64,000 nucleotides of DNA, taken from positions 39,742,001-39,806,000 of the forward strand of contig OX597828.1 in NCBI GenBank assembly GCA_951406725.2, read 5' to 3'. Both the position numbers and the translations under genes were made by a program. The DNA comes from Octopus vulgaris. Lineage: Eukaryota. Within the stretch, counting starts at the first letter, position 1, and each line of letters opens with the position of its first letter. The notes below the pieces were generated by a model, which saw only the letters and a program-made list of their open reading frames with translations, had not been told where the DNA came from and made no database searches. Shown piece after piece: positions 25,795 through 38,580 of the stretch.

Positions 25795-27443
25795 GTAAGT
25801 TTACTTTTTAAAATTTAAGATGTTTTACATCCAGACATGCATCTAAATAACATAAGCTTTCTTTTCTTGCCTCATTTACAGATTTTCAATAAGATGTGGA
25901 CTTACAGCTGAATGGCATAAGAGAGAAGTTCTCCCATTGAGTTGGCCATAAGAAAACTGCACAAATGTTAAATAAGGAGTGAGAGATATTCATGTTGGAG
26001 AAATCTGTTGATTATGAGAGTTTCCATTCTGTTTGTGCCTAGGTCATTTTCTCTGCTGCAATTCTGTGGCATAGCCCAAAATGAGTGAATGATTTTGGGT
26101 ACTTTAAATTATGAAATTTTGTTGCGTGTGGGATGTGGAGAAATATACTGAAGAAGATGGTTTCAGTGAAAAGATGAGTTGTTTCTGATAGGTTACAAGT
26201 ACATGTGCCATCATGCATCGTTAGAATATGAATTGTAGAACCAGTTGACTTGAAATGTTATGGAGTTGGAGATCTGAGGATAGATGCATAGTACATAGAT
26301 ATGTAATGGGTAGTTGTGATAAGGAAGAGACCTTGCCTTGAGATGGGAACAGAGTCAGTTTTGGTTTGGCAGTGGTTGGGTGTGTGGCTGAAAAGTAAAT
26401 TGATGGTACTTGAAGTATTCACGTGTTGAAAAGAGACAATTGTTGAAGACAAAACTAACTGATGTAAAAGATTTAGAAATGTAAAATATTCAGTTACTCC
26501 ACTGGCATTATCAGCATATTCAGATGAATGTGAGAACCAGGAAGTATTTGTGAGTGATGATGGATTATTATGGGTTATTATGAGATATATAATTCTCTTA
26601 CCACTAAATTGATACAATGTTAGTGTCTGATATGGCTGAGGTTGGGTTTGTAAATGAAAGAAACATCAAGTGTATGTGGAGGATTTGTGTGTTGATCATA
26701 GTAATTACCAGGGATGAGAGTAACTGAATTTACACTTGTGAAAATTCAATTCCTCTCCCAATTGCATCAGTGTGATGGGATGATTGTATCAGGCGAGAAG
26801 TGTTTGTGAGTGAGGATATCAGTATGGATTATTATGACATGTATAATCCTCTGGCCATGATAAACATGCATTTATCATAAACATCTTTCTTTACACTTGT
26901 TCAAGATAAAGGCTGATGGAATCAATTGAAGCTTCCCTCCAGACTTCTAGCAGTAAACATGGTCATATCATCTCTGATAGCAATGTTGATAAAATTCAAC
27001 AACACTAAATTGTTTAATCATCATTCATGGTTCTTAGAATAAACTTTGTACACGTCTGAGATGACAAAGCATTTGCCATGACTCTAGGGTAATGGGTTAA
27101 TTTCTAGGTCCTCATCAATTACCAGGATCATTGATTTTCAATTACTTGGTTATTAAGCTAATATGACTATAGCTTTTACCAATGCAAAAAGATTTTATTC
27201 ACTGACAATGTTGTTTGTCAGTGGATTATCCTCACCAAAATTTGATTTGCAGTTTCAGAAATCTTTTTGACTTTTCTCATTTTCCCCACAAAGTGTGACA
27301 TATTTCTCCTCTTTTCTCTTTATTTTCACTTGGAATTCAGATGGAATTATTTCTTTGTAATATCTTCTTCATGGTGTTTTCAAATTTTATGGCTGCAGAG
27401 ATTTCTTAGAAAACTTTGATCAGATGTCACATGTTCTTTATAG

Positions 27444-27950
27444 GATACTAGCAGTATCGCCCGGCGTTGCTCAGGTTTGTAAGGGAAATAACTATAAAGC
27501 ATTTTTAGAGAGTTATAGCCAAAAAATAGCAAAAAAATGGGAAAAAAATGATGGTAAATTTTTTTTTGAGAGTAAAAAAGGTTGAGTTGCGTCCCCTAGA
27601 CAGTCTGTGGTTTGTTTTTTTTTTATTCTCGACCCCATGTCGAATTTATCGATTTTTTTCAGAAATGGGGGAACTTTTCAAAATTTTCGCTGCGTTAGTT
27701 TTGAATTATGACATTGGGCTATGTGTGTGTCAAGTTTCATTAGAATTGGTTGAAAGCCGTGGTCAGAGTGAGGGTACAAGCAAACAGACACACAGAAACA
27801 CGCACAGACAAACTGCCGTTTATATATAGAGAGATGTTTCCACCAGACGATGAAGTTGGGGATAAATTCCTAAGCTTTCTCACAGACTTACATTGGAAGT
27901 TTGCCCGTACTCTACTACTCCCAACCTTCAGTACCAGTCACTTAAAACAG
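27444..27950 (+). CDS. CYP copy B exon 5, interrupted by a Helitron (27444-27447 plus 27835-27950: DMFPPDDEVGDKFLSFLTDLHWKFARTLLLPTFSTSHLKQ)
   Basis: Native acceptor ttctttatag ends at 27443. WxxxR and PTFS motifs, donor CAG|gtaaga. Confidence 0.88.
27448..27834 (-). mobile_element. 387-bp non-autonomous Helitron inside CYP exon 5
   Basis: The minus strand reads 5'-TC...subterminal hairpin (CCTGAGCAACGCCGGG)...CTAG-3'. It sits between host A and T with no TSD. Confidence 0.9.
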
Positions 27951-29806
27951 GTAAGATCAATTCTATTTAATTTCATATAGTCTGAATTTTAATGAAAATT
28001 CTGTTCTTTTATTCTAAATTTAAAATATGTTGTTAATACATTTAAATATTATTTTTCCTTTCCTTAAATCATTAGTTGATAAACAAGAGGCTCTATAGCT
28101 TTGGTTAAAAGTAATAAGCTGTAATTATCTAACAAATCATAATGTTAATAGTTTTACAAAGAGCATCTGTTGTGTCAGGGCAAGACTCCTCTTTACAGCA
28201 AACTCAGATATTGTTGCTACCAAGCTTATTTTCCATATACTATATGGAGAAAGTCTTCAATGCTGACACATTGACTTAATAAAAGCCTATAAGATATACA
28301 TTTTCATCATAAGATTTCACCACATTTATTTATGTCAGTTACATAACTTTATAATTGTGTTGGGGAGAATGAATTTGATTCAACTAATTAATATACCTTT
28401 TTTCTAATGGCCTATTTAGGAGGATTGATCTTTACAAATGTTTGCTGGCTTTCAACGACCTGAGGTATTAATGTATTTCAGTAATTCAATGACTGATGGG
28501 AAAGGAAGGGTAGGAAATGAATTCCAGATTATTGGTTCACTGGGAAAGCTATTGGACTGAATGGTTAGTGCAGCTCTTAAAGAAAAGATACAGTAGGTGT
28601 GACAAGAGGAGGTGTTTCATGTGGCATTAAGCAGAGATAGTATACAACAACTAGCCTCTGTCAGAAGACCAATGTAGACCGTAGATGTAGTGAGAATTGT
28701 TAAAATGAGGAGATAACATGAATCATATTTTCAAGAATTATTAGAAAATCAACTGTCTTAAATGTCTACAGCAGTAAAACTAAAACCATGAGAAAAGAAT
28801 AAGAACAATTTTGGGAATTTCAATTTCTTTCAGACAATGGGAATTATGAATAGAGTTGCGAAAAACTTGGAAGAAAACTTTTCTCTTTTTGCTGACAGTG
28901 ACAAAGCTGTTGAAATGAAACAGTGAGTGACTCTGTTTAAACTGGTTTACTTTTGTGTTGTTCTTGTTGTTATGTGTAAGTATGTAAGAGTGTATATGTT
29001 TTGATGTCAAATAAAGTGTTTATCCTTAACCAAGTTACACAACCATGTTTGTATAAACTATTATAGCATCATCATCATTCTTTAATGTCCATTTTCCATG
29101 CTGGCATGGGTTGGACAGTTTGACTAAAGCTTGCAAACCAGAGAGCTGCACCAGGTTCCAGTCTGATTTTGCTTGGTTTTTACAGCTGGATACTCTTCCT
29201 AATGCCAAACACTTTACAATGTGTGTAGGGTGCTTTTAGCATGGCACCAACACAATCGCTTTTATATGGCACCCGCACAGGACTTTTGCAGGCCAATCCC
29301 CTTCACCAGCAAATGCTACCATAACACTTCTGCTGTGGAGGATAGGTCTTCTTGACTACAGCAAGGTGCCAGGTATCTTGGTTCTTTGTCATCTCTTTCT
29401 GAAAGGTTCAGCATTCTGAGGCAGAATAAGGATTGTACTGTCTATGCCAAAAAGCACCAGTGTAGGTATTTGACCCATTCAAGTGAAAAATTACAAGCAA
29501 TTTGTTTATTTTATAATAAGCAGAAAAAAAAAATCATGTCTTTCTCACTATGCATGATAGCTTTGTATTTGGAGAGAAAAACTGGAATTGATACATTTCC
29601 AATAATTATAATCAATGTAAGATATGTGAAATAATTTAACCTGTAAATTGAATCTATACCATCACGTCACATACTAGTAGCATAGCTTTTGTTTTAAAAT
29701 GTACTCAATGCACAACAATAGTTCCCAATTAAAATGTATTTAAAAGAGCAGAACAAAGTGAGTTTTAGTATTATTTTAGTTTCTTATTTCTCTATTTTCA
29801 TTTCAG

Positions 29807-29955
29807 AGTATTTTCATGTTACACAGTTGATATGATTGCATCTACTGCGTTTGGCATCGAAGTTAATTCACAGAAGAATCCAGATCATTCATTAATAAAA
29901 TGCTTTGACAAATTCTTTTATGTCAATTTTTATGACCCGATCACTTCTGTTCAAA
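29807..29955 (+). CDS. CYP copy B exon 7 equivalent (VFSCYTVDMIASTAFGIEVNSQKNPD...DPITSVQ)
   Basis: 149 nt, tttcag|...|gtaaat, E-helix D.I...AFG motif. Confidence 0.93.
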
Positions 29956-30414
29956 GTAAATATTTACTTATTCTCTTAAGATATGTTATTGAATGAATAT
30001 GACCTCATTGTTGTTAACTGTGTGTATTGCAGTGACACACATCATGTGTGTGCTTGTATCGATGTATGTTTAAATGAGTTTCTGTATGCGTGTGTGTGTA
30101 AATTTTAACCTCTTTACATTAGATAAAAGACTGTATTTATGATAAATATACAGAAAAGAAAGAAAAGCCAAACTCAGACATCATTGCAGTCATTTTCATC
30201 TCTCACTGAACGATGCTTCAGCTAGTTGTTGTTAATTTATCTATGCTATATGTTGGTGCACCTGTCTATATGGGCAGATAACAGGTTGGAATGAGCACTC
30301 CTGTGCTCAGGTGTTCTGCCCTGATCAATGATGCCTAATAACACAGATAATATCACAATATCCCTTTATTTTGGTCACAAAATAATTTGAAATTAAGCTC
30401 CTTTTTTGGCTTTA

Positions 30415-32007
30415 TCTCTCTATATATAAAACTGAGAATGTGTGTCTGTCTGTCTGTGTGTTTCCCTAAAACTTGAGAACTACACAACCAATTTTATTCA
30501 AATTTTACACATGCTTTATTTAGGGTCCATGTAGTTTCATGGGCAAAACAAATGTTCAACTTCTTGCCTAGGGCGAGCCCATAGCAATATCATATCTTCT
30601 CCACTATTTCAGTATTACATGTTAAAAGTGAAACAAAAAATTTCTCTATTTTATGTCAGATACTTTCACTTTAACAATAAAAATTAGAGATAATAATAAC
30701 AATTGAATTATATGTAGTAAGTAATAATTAAAATCAAGCTATAGTATAATATAATTGTAACATAACAAAAGTAAAAATAACAATTGGTATAAAATTGCAT
30801 CAATGACTTGAACTTGAATAAGTGGTTTCACAGGAATGGGAATAAATTAAAAATAAAATTAGTGTGCAGAAATGGAATAGTCCAGATGGTGCTGTGCACA
30901 TACCGTTTACCACAGCTTTTAGATTAGTTTATCTGCTAATTAGCTAGCATTAAGTATCTCTACAATGTTTGGCTGTATGTAATGTCTGTTTTCATGAACA
31001 GCCGTGCTTACTGAGTACTGCTGTTGGTTTATTCTTATACATAAAGGACTATAACTTCAACTGCGCACTGCTTTTTGATTCACCGTAAGGTTTGTTGTTA
31101 TTATTATTACTGTTTAACTATGGTTATTACATTTGTTGGTTCCTCGTAAGGGAAACGTTGTTGTGTTGCATTTGTTAAATAATTGTAAACTGTAACCCTC
31201 CCCCTTTGGGAGAAGGAGCTTTGGTTATTGTTTAAAAATTGAATTATGTCCTTGTTTGGGGAAATCGACAATATTTTCACCATTTATACGGAAGCATCTT
31301 TGTTAGAATGCCTTTGATAGGAAAGTCCAAAAATGAATTTCGCTGCAGCCGTTGGCGGGCGCGAACTTATTAAAATTAAAATGGAAGAAATACAAACCTA
31401 TTTCGGATTGATCACCGACAAAGATGTGAATCTACGATAACACCACCAAACGAAATAAAAAATTAAATTAAAGAAAAGACTATTGTCTATAAAGTATACA
31501 ATGTAGAGAAAAAAAAAAGATTTAAACACCTGGAGGAAAGCACCATGGAAAAGTGTCTTGGTGTGACTATGAAAGATATCTAACCAGACGCGGTAAATTC
31601 ACCACAATAGAAGCAAGGTTCAAGTCAACGGAGCGTGCAAGGGAGTACTCGACTCGAAGCTTGCAAAGTGGAAATATTTTATTTTTACCTTTATATCTAG
31701 GACGTAGGACGTCCCGGATAAAAATTTAAAATGTCCCCCCAGAAGTAGAGGTAAGCTGAATTGTAGCTACACTTCTAAACAAGAAGGAGGACAAGATACA
31801 ATTGATCGAAATTGCAAGAGACAGGCCTACAATTCCAGTCTGTTATGTATTTTGAGTATTGTTATCACTAGTGATATCAAGATATAATTTTCTATTTTAT
31901 GTGTAGATGTATATATATAGATGTACATGTAATATGTATACATATATATATACACATATATACATGTACTAGCACTATGACCCGGCAACGACTGGTCATA
32001 ATGCTAG
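30415..32007 (+). mobile_element. Non-autonomous Helitron, complete
   Basis: A|TC start, terminal hairpin actagcactatgacc..ggtcataatgctag, CTAG|T end. Confidence 0.85.
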
Positions 32008-32469
32008 TATATGAATAAATCAATACACTTCACTCTTCAGATACATGAATTATAAAACACTAACCTTTTGAAACTCTCTAGAAAGTCTTAAATTGAAGCC
32101 TTTTGTTTTCTCTCCAGAAAATTCCACTTTCTATTGAACAAATCTAGAGATAGCAAGGCACCTAGCCTGTCTTTCATTGCATTTACAATATTTACCTCTA
32201 CAAAATCAACACAAAACAGGCAAAAACAGTTTCATCTGAAATAGAATGTAAGCTTGTTGAGAACATTTGGATCTGTTTTAATTGTTGATTTCACTAAAAA
32301 CAAAGGAACTCTCAATAAGTCTAGTTTTGATCAGTGAGTTTATTTATTAACATGTATATCATTCATTTCAAGAAAACTGCTAAGGTTTATTGGTTTATTA
32401 CATGGAATACAAATTTTTATCGCCAATATAATCAACTGTACTAATTAGACTGAGCATTTGTTGTTTCAG

Positions 32470-32594
32470 CATTATTTCCAGTAATTCCAAAAATTCTGGG
32501 TACATTCGGAATCAAAAGTAACTATTCCAGTTCATTGCACACTGTCGCTAAGTTTTCCAAAGATGTTATAGCAGAACGGAGAAAAAATAAAACG
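32470..32594 (+). CDS. CYP copy B exon 8 (LFPVIPKILGTF...KDVIAERRKNKT)
   Basis: tttcag|...|gtaata, phase 1 to 0. Confidence 0.88.
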
Positions 32595-33065
32595 GTAATA
32601 TTTGAAATTTATTTAATGTTATTGAGCATTTCATAGTATGTTTTCAGTCAATGTGTTTTAAAATGTTTTTTATAACCAGCAAGAAAAACATTTTTTTCTA
32701 GTGAGGAAATGAGATTAGACAGTGAGAATTAGAATTATATACTATCTACTGAAAAATATGAAATATATGTTCTGCATTTCCTTATTACAGTTTCTATTTA
32801 ACTGAATTTACAAGAAATTGAAAAGGAGTTTTCTATGTTACTGCTCTGTTTATCATATGTCTATATGATACCAAAATGCAATTTTGCTATATCACGATAT
32901 ACATCTCATTCATATTAATGTTCCACTTGTCCAAAAAAATCTACCAGTAAAATCCAGTGATTGGATATTTCTAAAATTAGTACTTAGAATGCCTAATATT
33001 TATATTAAAACCTCAGTAATTTTATTCAGCTGTTTAATATTTCTAGATTTTCTTGTTGGTTTTAG

Positions 33066-33195
33066 GTAAGACATGATTTTCTCCAACTTTTGTTGGATGC
33101 AAAACTTGAAAATGTTGATAAAATTGATGATGATATGGAACACGAACTGGAAACACTCACATTTGAGAACATGAGTGACTGGAGGTCAAAAAGAG
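33066..33195 (+). CDS. CYP copy B exon 9 (VRHDFLQLLLDAKLE...SDWRSKR), GC donor
   Basis: RHDFLQLL H-helix motif. Only AG|gcaagt gives the phase-1 junction that exon 10 needs. Confidence 0.88.
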
Positions 33196-33399
33196 GCAAG
33201 TAAATTTTGATTATTTGAAATATAGGTTTGATATACAAAATATATATGAACACTTTAGATGCAGTATTCTGCAGAAATTCACTGAGAAAAGACCAAAGCC
33301 TTATTAAGTGGGAAAACAGATGAATCACAAATCCCTTCAAGGAGACAGCCCTGCTCAATATGTAAGAAATGTGTTAGTAGAAACTACTTAGTGCAAGCT

Positions 33400-33880
33400 T
33401 TGAACACATTGAAGGTGTAGTGGTGTCATGGGAAGTTTAACAGAGAAAATAGACTTTGCGTGTAGCAAATGTGTGGGTACAATAAACACTAAGAATGTGC
33501 AGAGAACAGACTTCCTGCAATGCCCAGGAATCCTTAGAAGTAGTAGATAGCTTCTGTTACCTTTGAGACCAAGTTAGCAGTGATGGAGGAAGCTCTAAAA
33601 GCATAGTTGCTAGAGTAAGAATAGGCCGGGTAAAGTTCTAAGAGCTACTACATTTGTTGGTAACAAAGCACTTCTCCCTCAAAGTGAAAGGCAGATTGTA
33701 TGATGCCTGTGTATGTACAGCTATGCTACATGGCTGTCAAACATGGGCTATGACTACAAAGGACATGCAAATCTTGAAGGAAGTAAAGCCAGTATGCTCC
33801 ACTGGAAGGGTAATGTCAGTGTGTACATAGAACAGAGTGAAAATGACTTTTGCAAATCAACATCTGCAGAAAATACATGA
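33400..33880 (+). mobile_element. RTE LINE RT C-terminal remnant
   Basis: SIVARVRIG..KF.ELL...KGRLYDACV.TAMLHG..TWA. Confidence 0.7.
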
Positions 33881-34605
33881 GCAGGGAAGGGATTTTGAAG
33901 GCACAATAACTAGTGTTGGATCTATTGGGGTTGGGCAGAGAAAGAGGGAAAAAGAAATGAGTAAATCGGAAATGCTCAGAGGAGATGCTCAAAGAAGCAA
34001 GAATCATTTTAGTAGCAAAAGGAAAAGCTGAGGAATATAACTCAGCATGTCTTTGCTTCAGAGGCTGGAGTCTGCTTGTGAGTTGGGTGACCTTTTTGTG
34101 GACAATGTTTAGGATGTCTATATATGTGTGTGTGTAGTAGTACCAGCACCATATTTGATATGTGAGCAATAATCTATAATGGATCTCAGTGAGAATATTT
34201 GGGCATTATTAAGATCTGATAAAATAAATATTCTAATACATTAGAGTTTTGTGTCTCATCAGCTAAATATGAATAGTAATGATCTGTGGGCACACCATAT
34301 TTCATTATGCAACCATAATATACTACAAAGTATATTAAACATTTTGATAAGTCGATACTGTGTTCTACTGTGTTAGCAGTGCTACGACATCACTTAAGGT
34401 TAAGGTTATGTCTTGAGATTTTCTGTAGAAAATACAGCCAGCACTTATTTTGCTATGACATTTCATATCCCTCATGCCTCATGTAAACAACAATGAGATC
34501 GAAGATGGAAAATCAGTAATGGGTGTTGATGCCATATTTCAGGCATTTTTTCTCCTTAATCAGCACCCATCCAACCCATTAATCATCTACAAACACATTG
34601 CTTAA

Positions 34606-34812
34606 CCCTTTTGTTATTATATTCCTGTTGAGATACTCTGTGTTTCTTTCAATTTATTTAAAATATAACGAAGTATCTAGTAAAATGACTTAGTTATCAT
34701 TAAACTATAGTTAGGAACATAAATTGTGACTAAGGTTTGGTGGAAGATTTTTATTCAGAACATTTGAAAACAAGACATTTGTACTACAGATCCATAGGCA
34801 GTTTCAAAAGGG
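34606..34812. mobile_element. piggyBac-type MITE (TTAA target)
   Basis: TTAA-CCCTTTTG...CAAAAGGG-TTAA. A homolog in the opposite orientation lies at 46183-46402. Confidence 0.75.
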
Positions 34813-35359
34813 TTAAATAGCCATGAAATCTAGAGGTGTGATGCTATTGGAGATACTAATTTCACATATTCAACACATTCCATACAAGTTGTTAATATTT
34901 ACATACCAGCTTCCAGGAATGTCTGTTTTCATTTGTTTTCCTTGTATGTCACCACTGTTATTTATTTGTTCCCTACCTTGACCTTCCATAAATCCTAATT
35001 TTAGAATTTATCGGAGTCTTTGAAGACTCATATTGTTGTTTGAATGCTCGAAATGAGGAGTAGATATACAGCCAACAACTGATGAAGGGTACTTTCCCTG
35101 TGTTAACTTGTCCTGTTTTCCATTTTTTTCTCGTTTATGTATTTCACTCATTTTTGTCATGTAACTACTGTCCACGTCTTGAATCTATCTCTCGTGTTTA
35201 TGTTATTTGCACTCTTGGTCACATCCTGTACCCATATATGTATGTATGTATATATATATTATTTATTTATTTAAATGAATGCAATGCATCCATTCCCAAG
35301 TATGATTGTATATATATATATATATTTACACACACATATTTATAACTGTGAGTATAATG

Positions 35360-35410
<51 letters not shown>

Positions 35411-35917
35411 TATATATCTGTGTGTGCATGATTGTTTTTATACATATGCACATAAGTACCACTCACTCAAACCGATCTGTTGACCAGGAAGAAATCTATC
35501 ATTGAATCATGAAAGAACAATAGTAATTTATAACTACCATCAAAAAGAGCATATGATGCATTCTTGATGGCAATGCATACGCCAGTGAAGATCTTTACCA
35601 ATGCACAAGAGTGTATCGTGCTTTTACTGCTTCAGTAAGACTGTATTTTTTAAAGATATTCTGGTGTCTACTACATATGACTGCATTGTTATAATCAAAA
35701 CGTTTGTGAGTTGCTCAACTGTTCTGTTTATAATTATTCCTACTGGCTTTATAAACACCCAAAAATTATATCTGCCCACTTCCGTTACTATATATTTATT
35801 GCCAGCTGCAAGTTCTATGTGTCTCTACCAAAAAGAATTTCTGAATCCTTAGTTCAGGATATTTCAATCTTACTATATAGCAACATAAGCACAATTTATC
35901 ATCTTTTATTAATGCAG

Positions 35918-36075
35918 GTTTAACAGATGAAGAAATTGTTGCACAGGTGGTGTTGTTCTTATTTGCTGCACACTTAACAACTTCAACTGCGTTGTCGTTT
36001 TTTTCGTATATCCTTGTCACTCAGCCAGAAATACAGCAGAAGGTATATGATGAAGTGATGGATGTTATTGGTGAC
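35918..36075 (+). CDS. CYP copy B exon 10, I-helix (LTDEEIVAQVVLFLFAAHLTTSTALSF...QPEIQQKVYDEVMDVIGD)
   Basis: Acceptor atgcag. The exon ends at GAC|ataagt, a mutated donor. Confidence 0.88.
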
Positions 36076-36691
36076 ATAAGTTTCCCTAAGATTTTGGCAC
36101 GAGACCAGTAATTTGGTGGGAGGGGCTAAGTTGATTACATCAACCCCAGTACTTGGCTGGTACTTATTTTATGAACCCTGAAAGAATGAAAGGCAAAAAA
36201 CACCTGAGCGGAATTTGAACTCAGAATATGAAGATGGATAAAATGCTGCTGAGCATTTCACCTGGTGTGCTGGCGAGTCAGTAACCTAATAATACCTGAA
36301 TGATTCATAAACCAAAGATGTTGTAGTGATGTGTACTGCTGTATTATGTGATAAACAGTTTTGAGTTCAAGTAATATGTATTGTATTGTAGAATTGCACT
36401 TGTGTTAAGACATAATGCAAGAGATCTGCAATTGGTTAGCTCATCACTAGTGAGACTCCAAAACTTTGGTTGTCTGTGACTTAAAACTTCCAGTCATAGT
36501 GAATACAAATGATTAGAGAAATTTAGCATTAATTATAACTAATTACTGGTTTAGATAGACTTCTAAAGTAATTATTTTAGAAGTCTATCTAAGCCAGTGA
36601 TACATTTCTAACTATAGAGGCTACTCAGCTGCATATGTCTGAGGTGATTGTGATATAACTGCTTTGTATGTATCTATATATATAAATATGT

Positions 36692-36984
36692 GGAGGCGCA
36701 ATGACCCAGTAGTTAGGGGAGCGGACTCGTGGTCGTAGGATCGTGGCTTCGATTCTCAGACCGAGCGGTGTGAGTGTTTATTGAGCGAAAACACCTAGAA
36801 GCTCCACGAGGCTACGGCAGGGGGTGGTGATCCCTGGTGTACTCTTTCACCACTCTTTCTCCTACTCTTCTGTTGGCCTGCTCGCTTAGCCAGCGGGGTG
36901 GCGTCATTCGAAGGCTAAAACAATGCGAACGCATTGTGACCAGCGATGTGTAACAACATCTGATGGACTGGTTAGTCACGTGAT

Positions 36985-36991
<7 letters not shown>
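36692..36991 (+). mobile_element. tRNA-derived SINE
   Basis: A/B-box-like head (gcaatgacccagtagttagg, gcttcgattctc) and a CACGTGAT tail next to (TA)n. Confidence 0.6.
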
Positions 36992-37034
<43 letters not shown>

Positions 37035-37275
37035 TGACTAATATTATTGGGATGTTAATGTAGATAGAATAATTATTTTTACTGCAAAATTAAAATATGA
37101 ACAAAGACAATTGTGATTACTCAGAAAAGTGTGGAAATGACAATAGCTATTGTGAATTTAATATCAACATAATCCTAAACTGTATTTTGTTAAATGCTTA
37201 TATTTCACTTATTTTATTTATGATTCAATAGCAAATCAGTGTCATGAATTGAATTTGATATTTATTTGTTTGCAG

Positions 37276-37364
37276 GAAGAACCTACTGTTGAAAATTTGA
37301 ACAAACTAACTTACCTTGATATGTGTATGTCTGAATTACTTAGAATGTATCCTCCATCAATCAG
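37276..37364 (+). CDS. CYP copy B exon 11 (EEPTVENLNKLTYLDMCMSELLRMYPPSIR)
   Basis: K-helix ExxR motif with AG/GT boundaries. Confidence 0.93.
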
Positions 37365-38099
37365 GTAGTATTACAATGTTTACATCTGCATGAAATAATT
37401 AAATAATGTTTGTTGTAAAGAGGTGAACTAATGTGATGCATTATGAATTTTATTTATTACTATCAGGAATATTCCACATTAAATTGTATCAACTGTATGG
37501 TTTGTTAATAGAATATATTCTACTTAAATACAAATGAAAACTATAGAGAAGGGATATAAGACTACTTGTTGTTCATGGCCTTCTTTTAAGAGAAGAGAGC
37601 AAGTAATTGAAAAGTGAACGAACAATTTTGAGGAGAAAATTATAAAGGAAAGCTGCAATATTCAATGGCATATCTCCCATTCTGTAACTTCTTATTTGTA
37701 TCAATATTCTTCCCTTATTGTTTTGAAAAGTGTGTTCCACAAGAAATATACAATAGTACCAAAAATGTGTTTGATAAGAAACACATAACAGTACCAAATA
37801 ACATAATAGTAGCATAAGAAATGTATGATAGTACCAATGTTCATATCAATATTCTACACTTGGTGTGAAAAATATGTTCCATAAGGAATACATAATATTA
37901 CCAAATACATAATAATAGCAATGGCATATCTCCTGTTCTGTAACTCCTTATTTATATCAATACTTCCGCTGATTGGTTTTTAAATATATGTTCCATAAGA
38001 AATATATATTAGTACCAAATTTTATAACCTTTCATTACAACAAATTATGACATCATATGTTTACATGCACAAAATCTACTTTGTTGTTGTGGTATAATG

Positions 38100-38580
38100 T
38101 AAATGTACATCGCATGCCAAACAGGGGGAGCCCCAAATGAGATCCTATATGGAGAATTGGACATTGGCACAAGAACACAACTTCATCTTTGTTTCAAGTA
38201 CGTCTGCAAGAGAGATATGAAGTTGATGGTTCTGGACATTCTGAGATGGGAGGAGACTGAAAATGATCGCCATGCTGGAGACAAATATTGCAAAAGTGTG
38301 TGAAGCAAGTGGAAGAGAAACAGGAACTTGCAACCAAAGAAAAGTGCACTTGATGAAAGGAAAAACCAGTAGCAACTGTAGAAAGCTTCTTTAAATGCAG
38401 TTGTTGTATGCATGATTACCACTCTCATGTGGGCCTATACAGCCACTCCCATGTGGGCCTTTACAGCTGCAACACGTGCTGCATCACCATCAGCAGCTGA
38501 CATGATTTCTTCAGGCATAGATCCCTGGTCTCTCAAGACCGACAGATGCCTACTACTAACATAAATGTAATAGTCAGTCT
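38100..38580 (+). mobile_element. RTE/BovB-like LINE 3' remnant
   Basis: PNEILYGEL..G.R...L.FK.VCKRDMK and a C2H2-like remnant. Confidence 0.7.

Noticed and set aside
29690-29763. Possible exon 6 ending at a GTGAGT donor
   Set aside because: It has an in-frame TAA in the required phase, no similarity to the D-helix, and the intron would be only about 49 nt.
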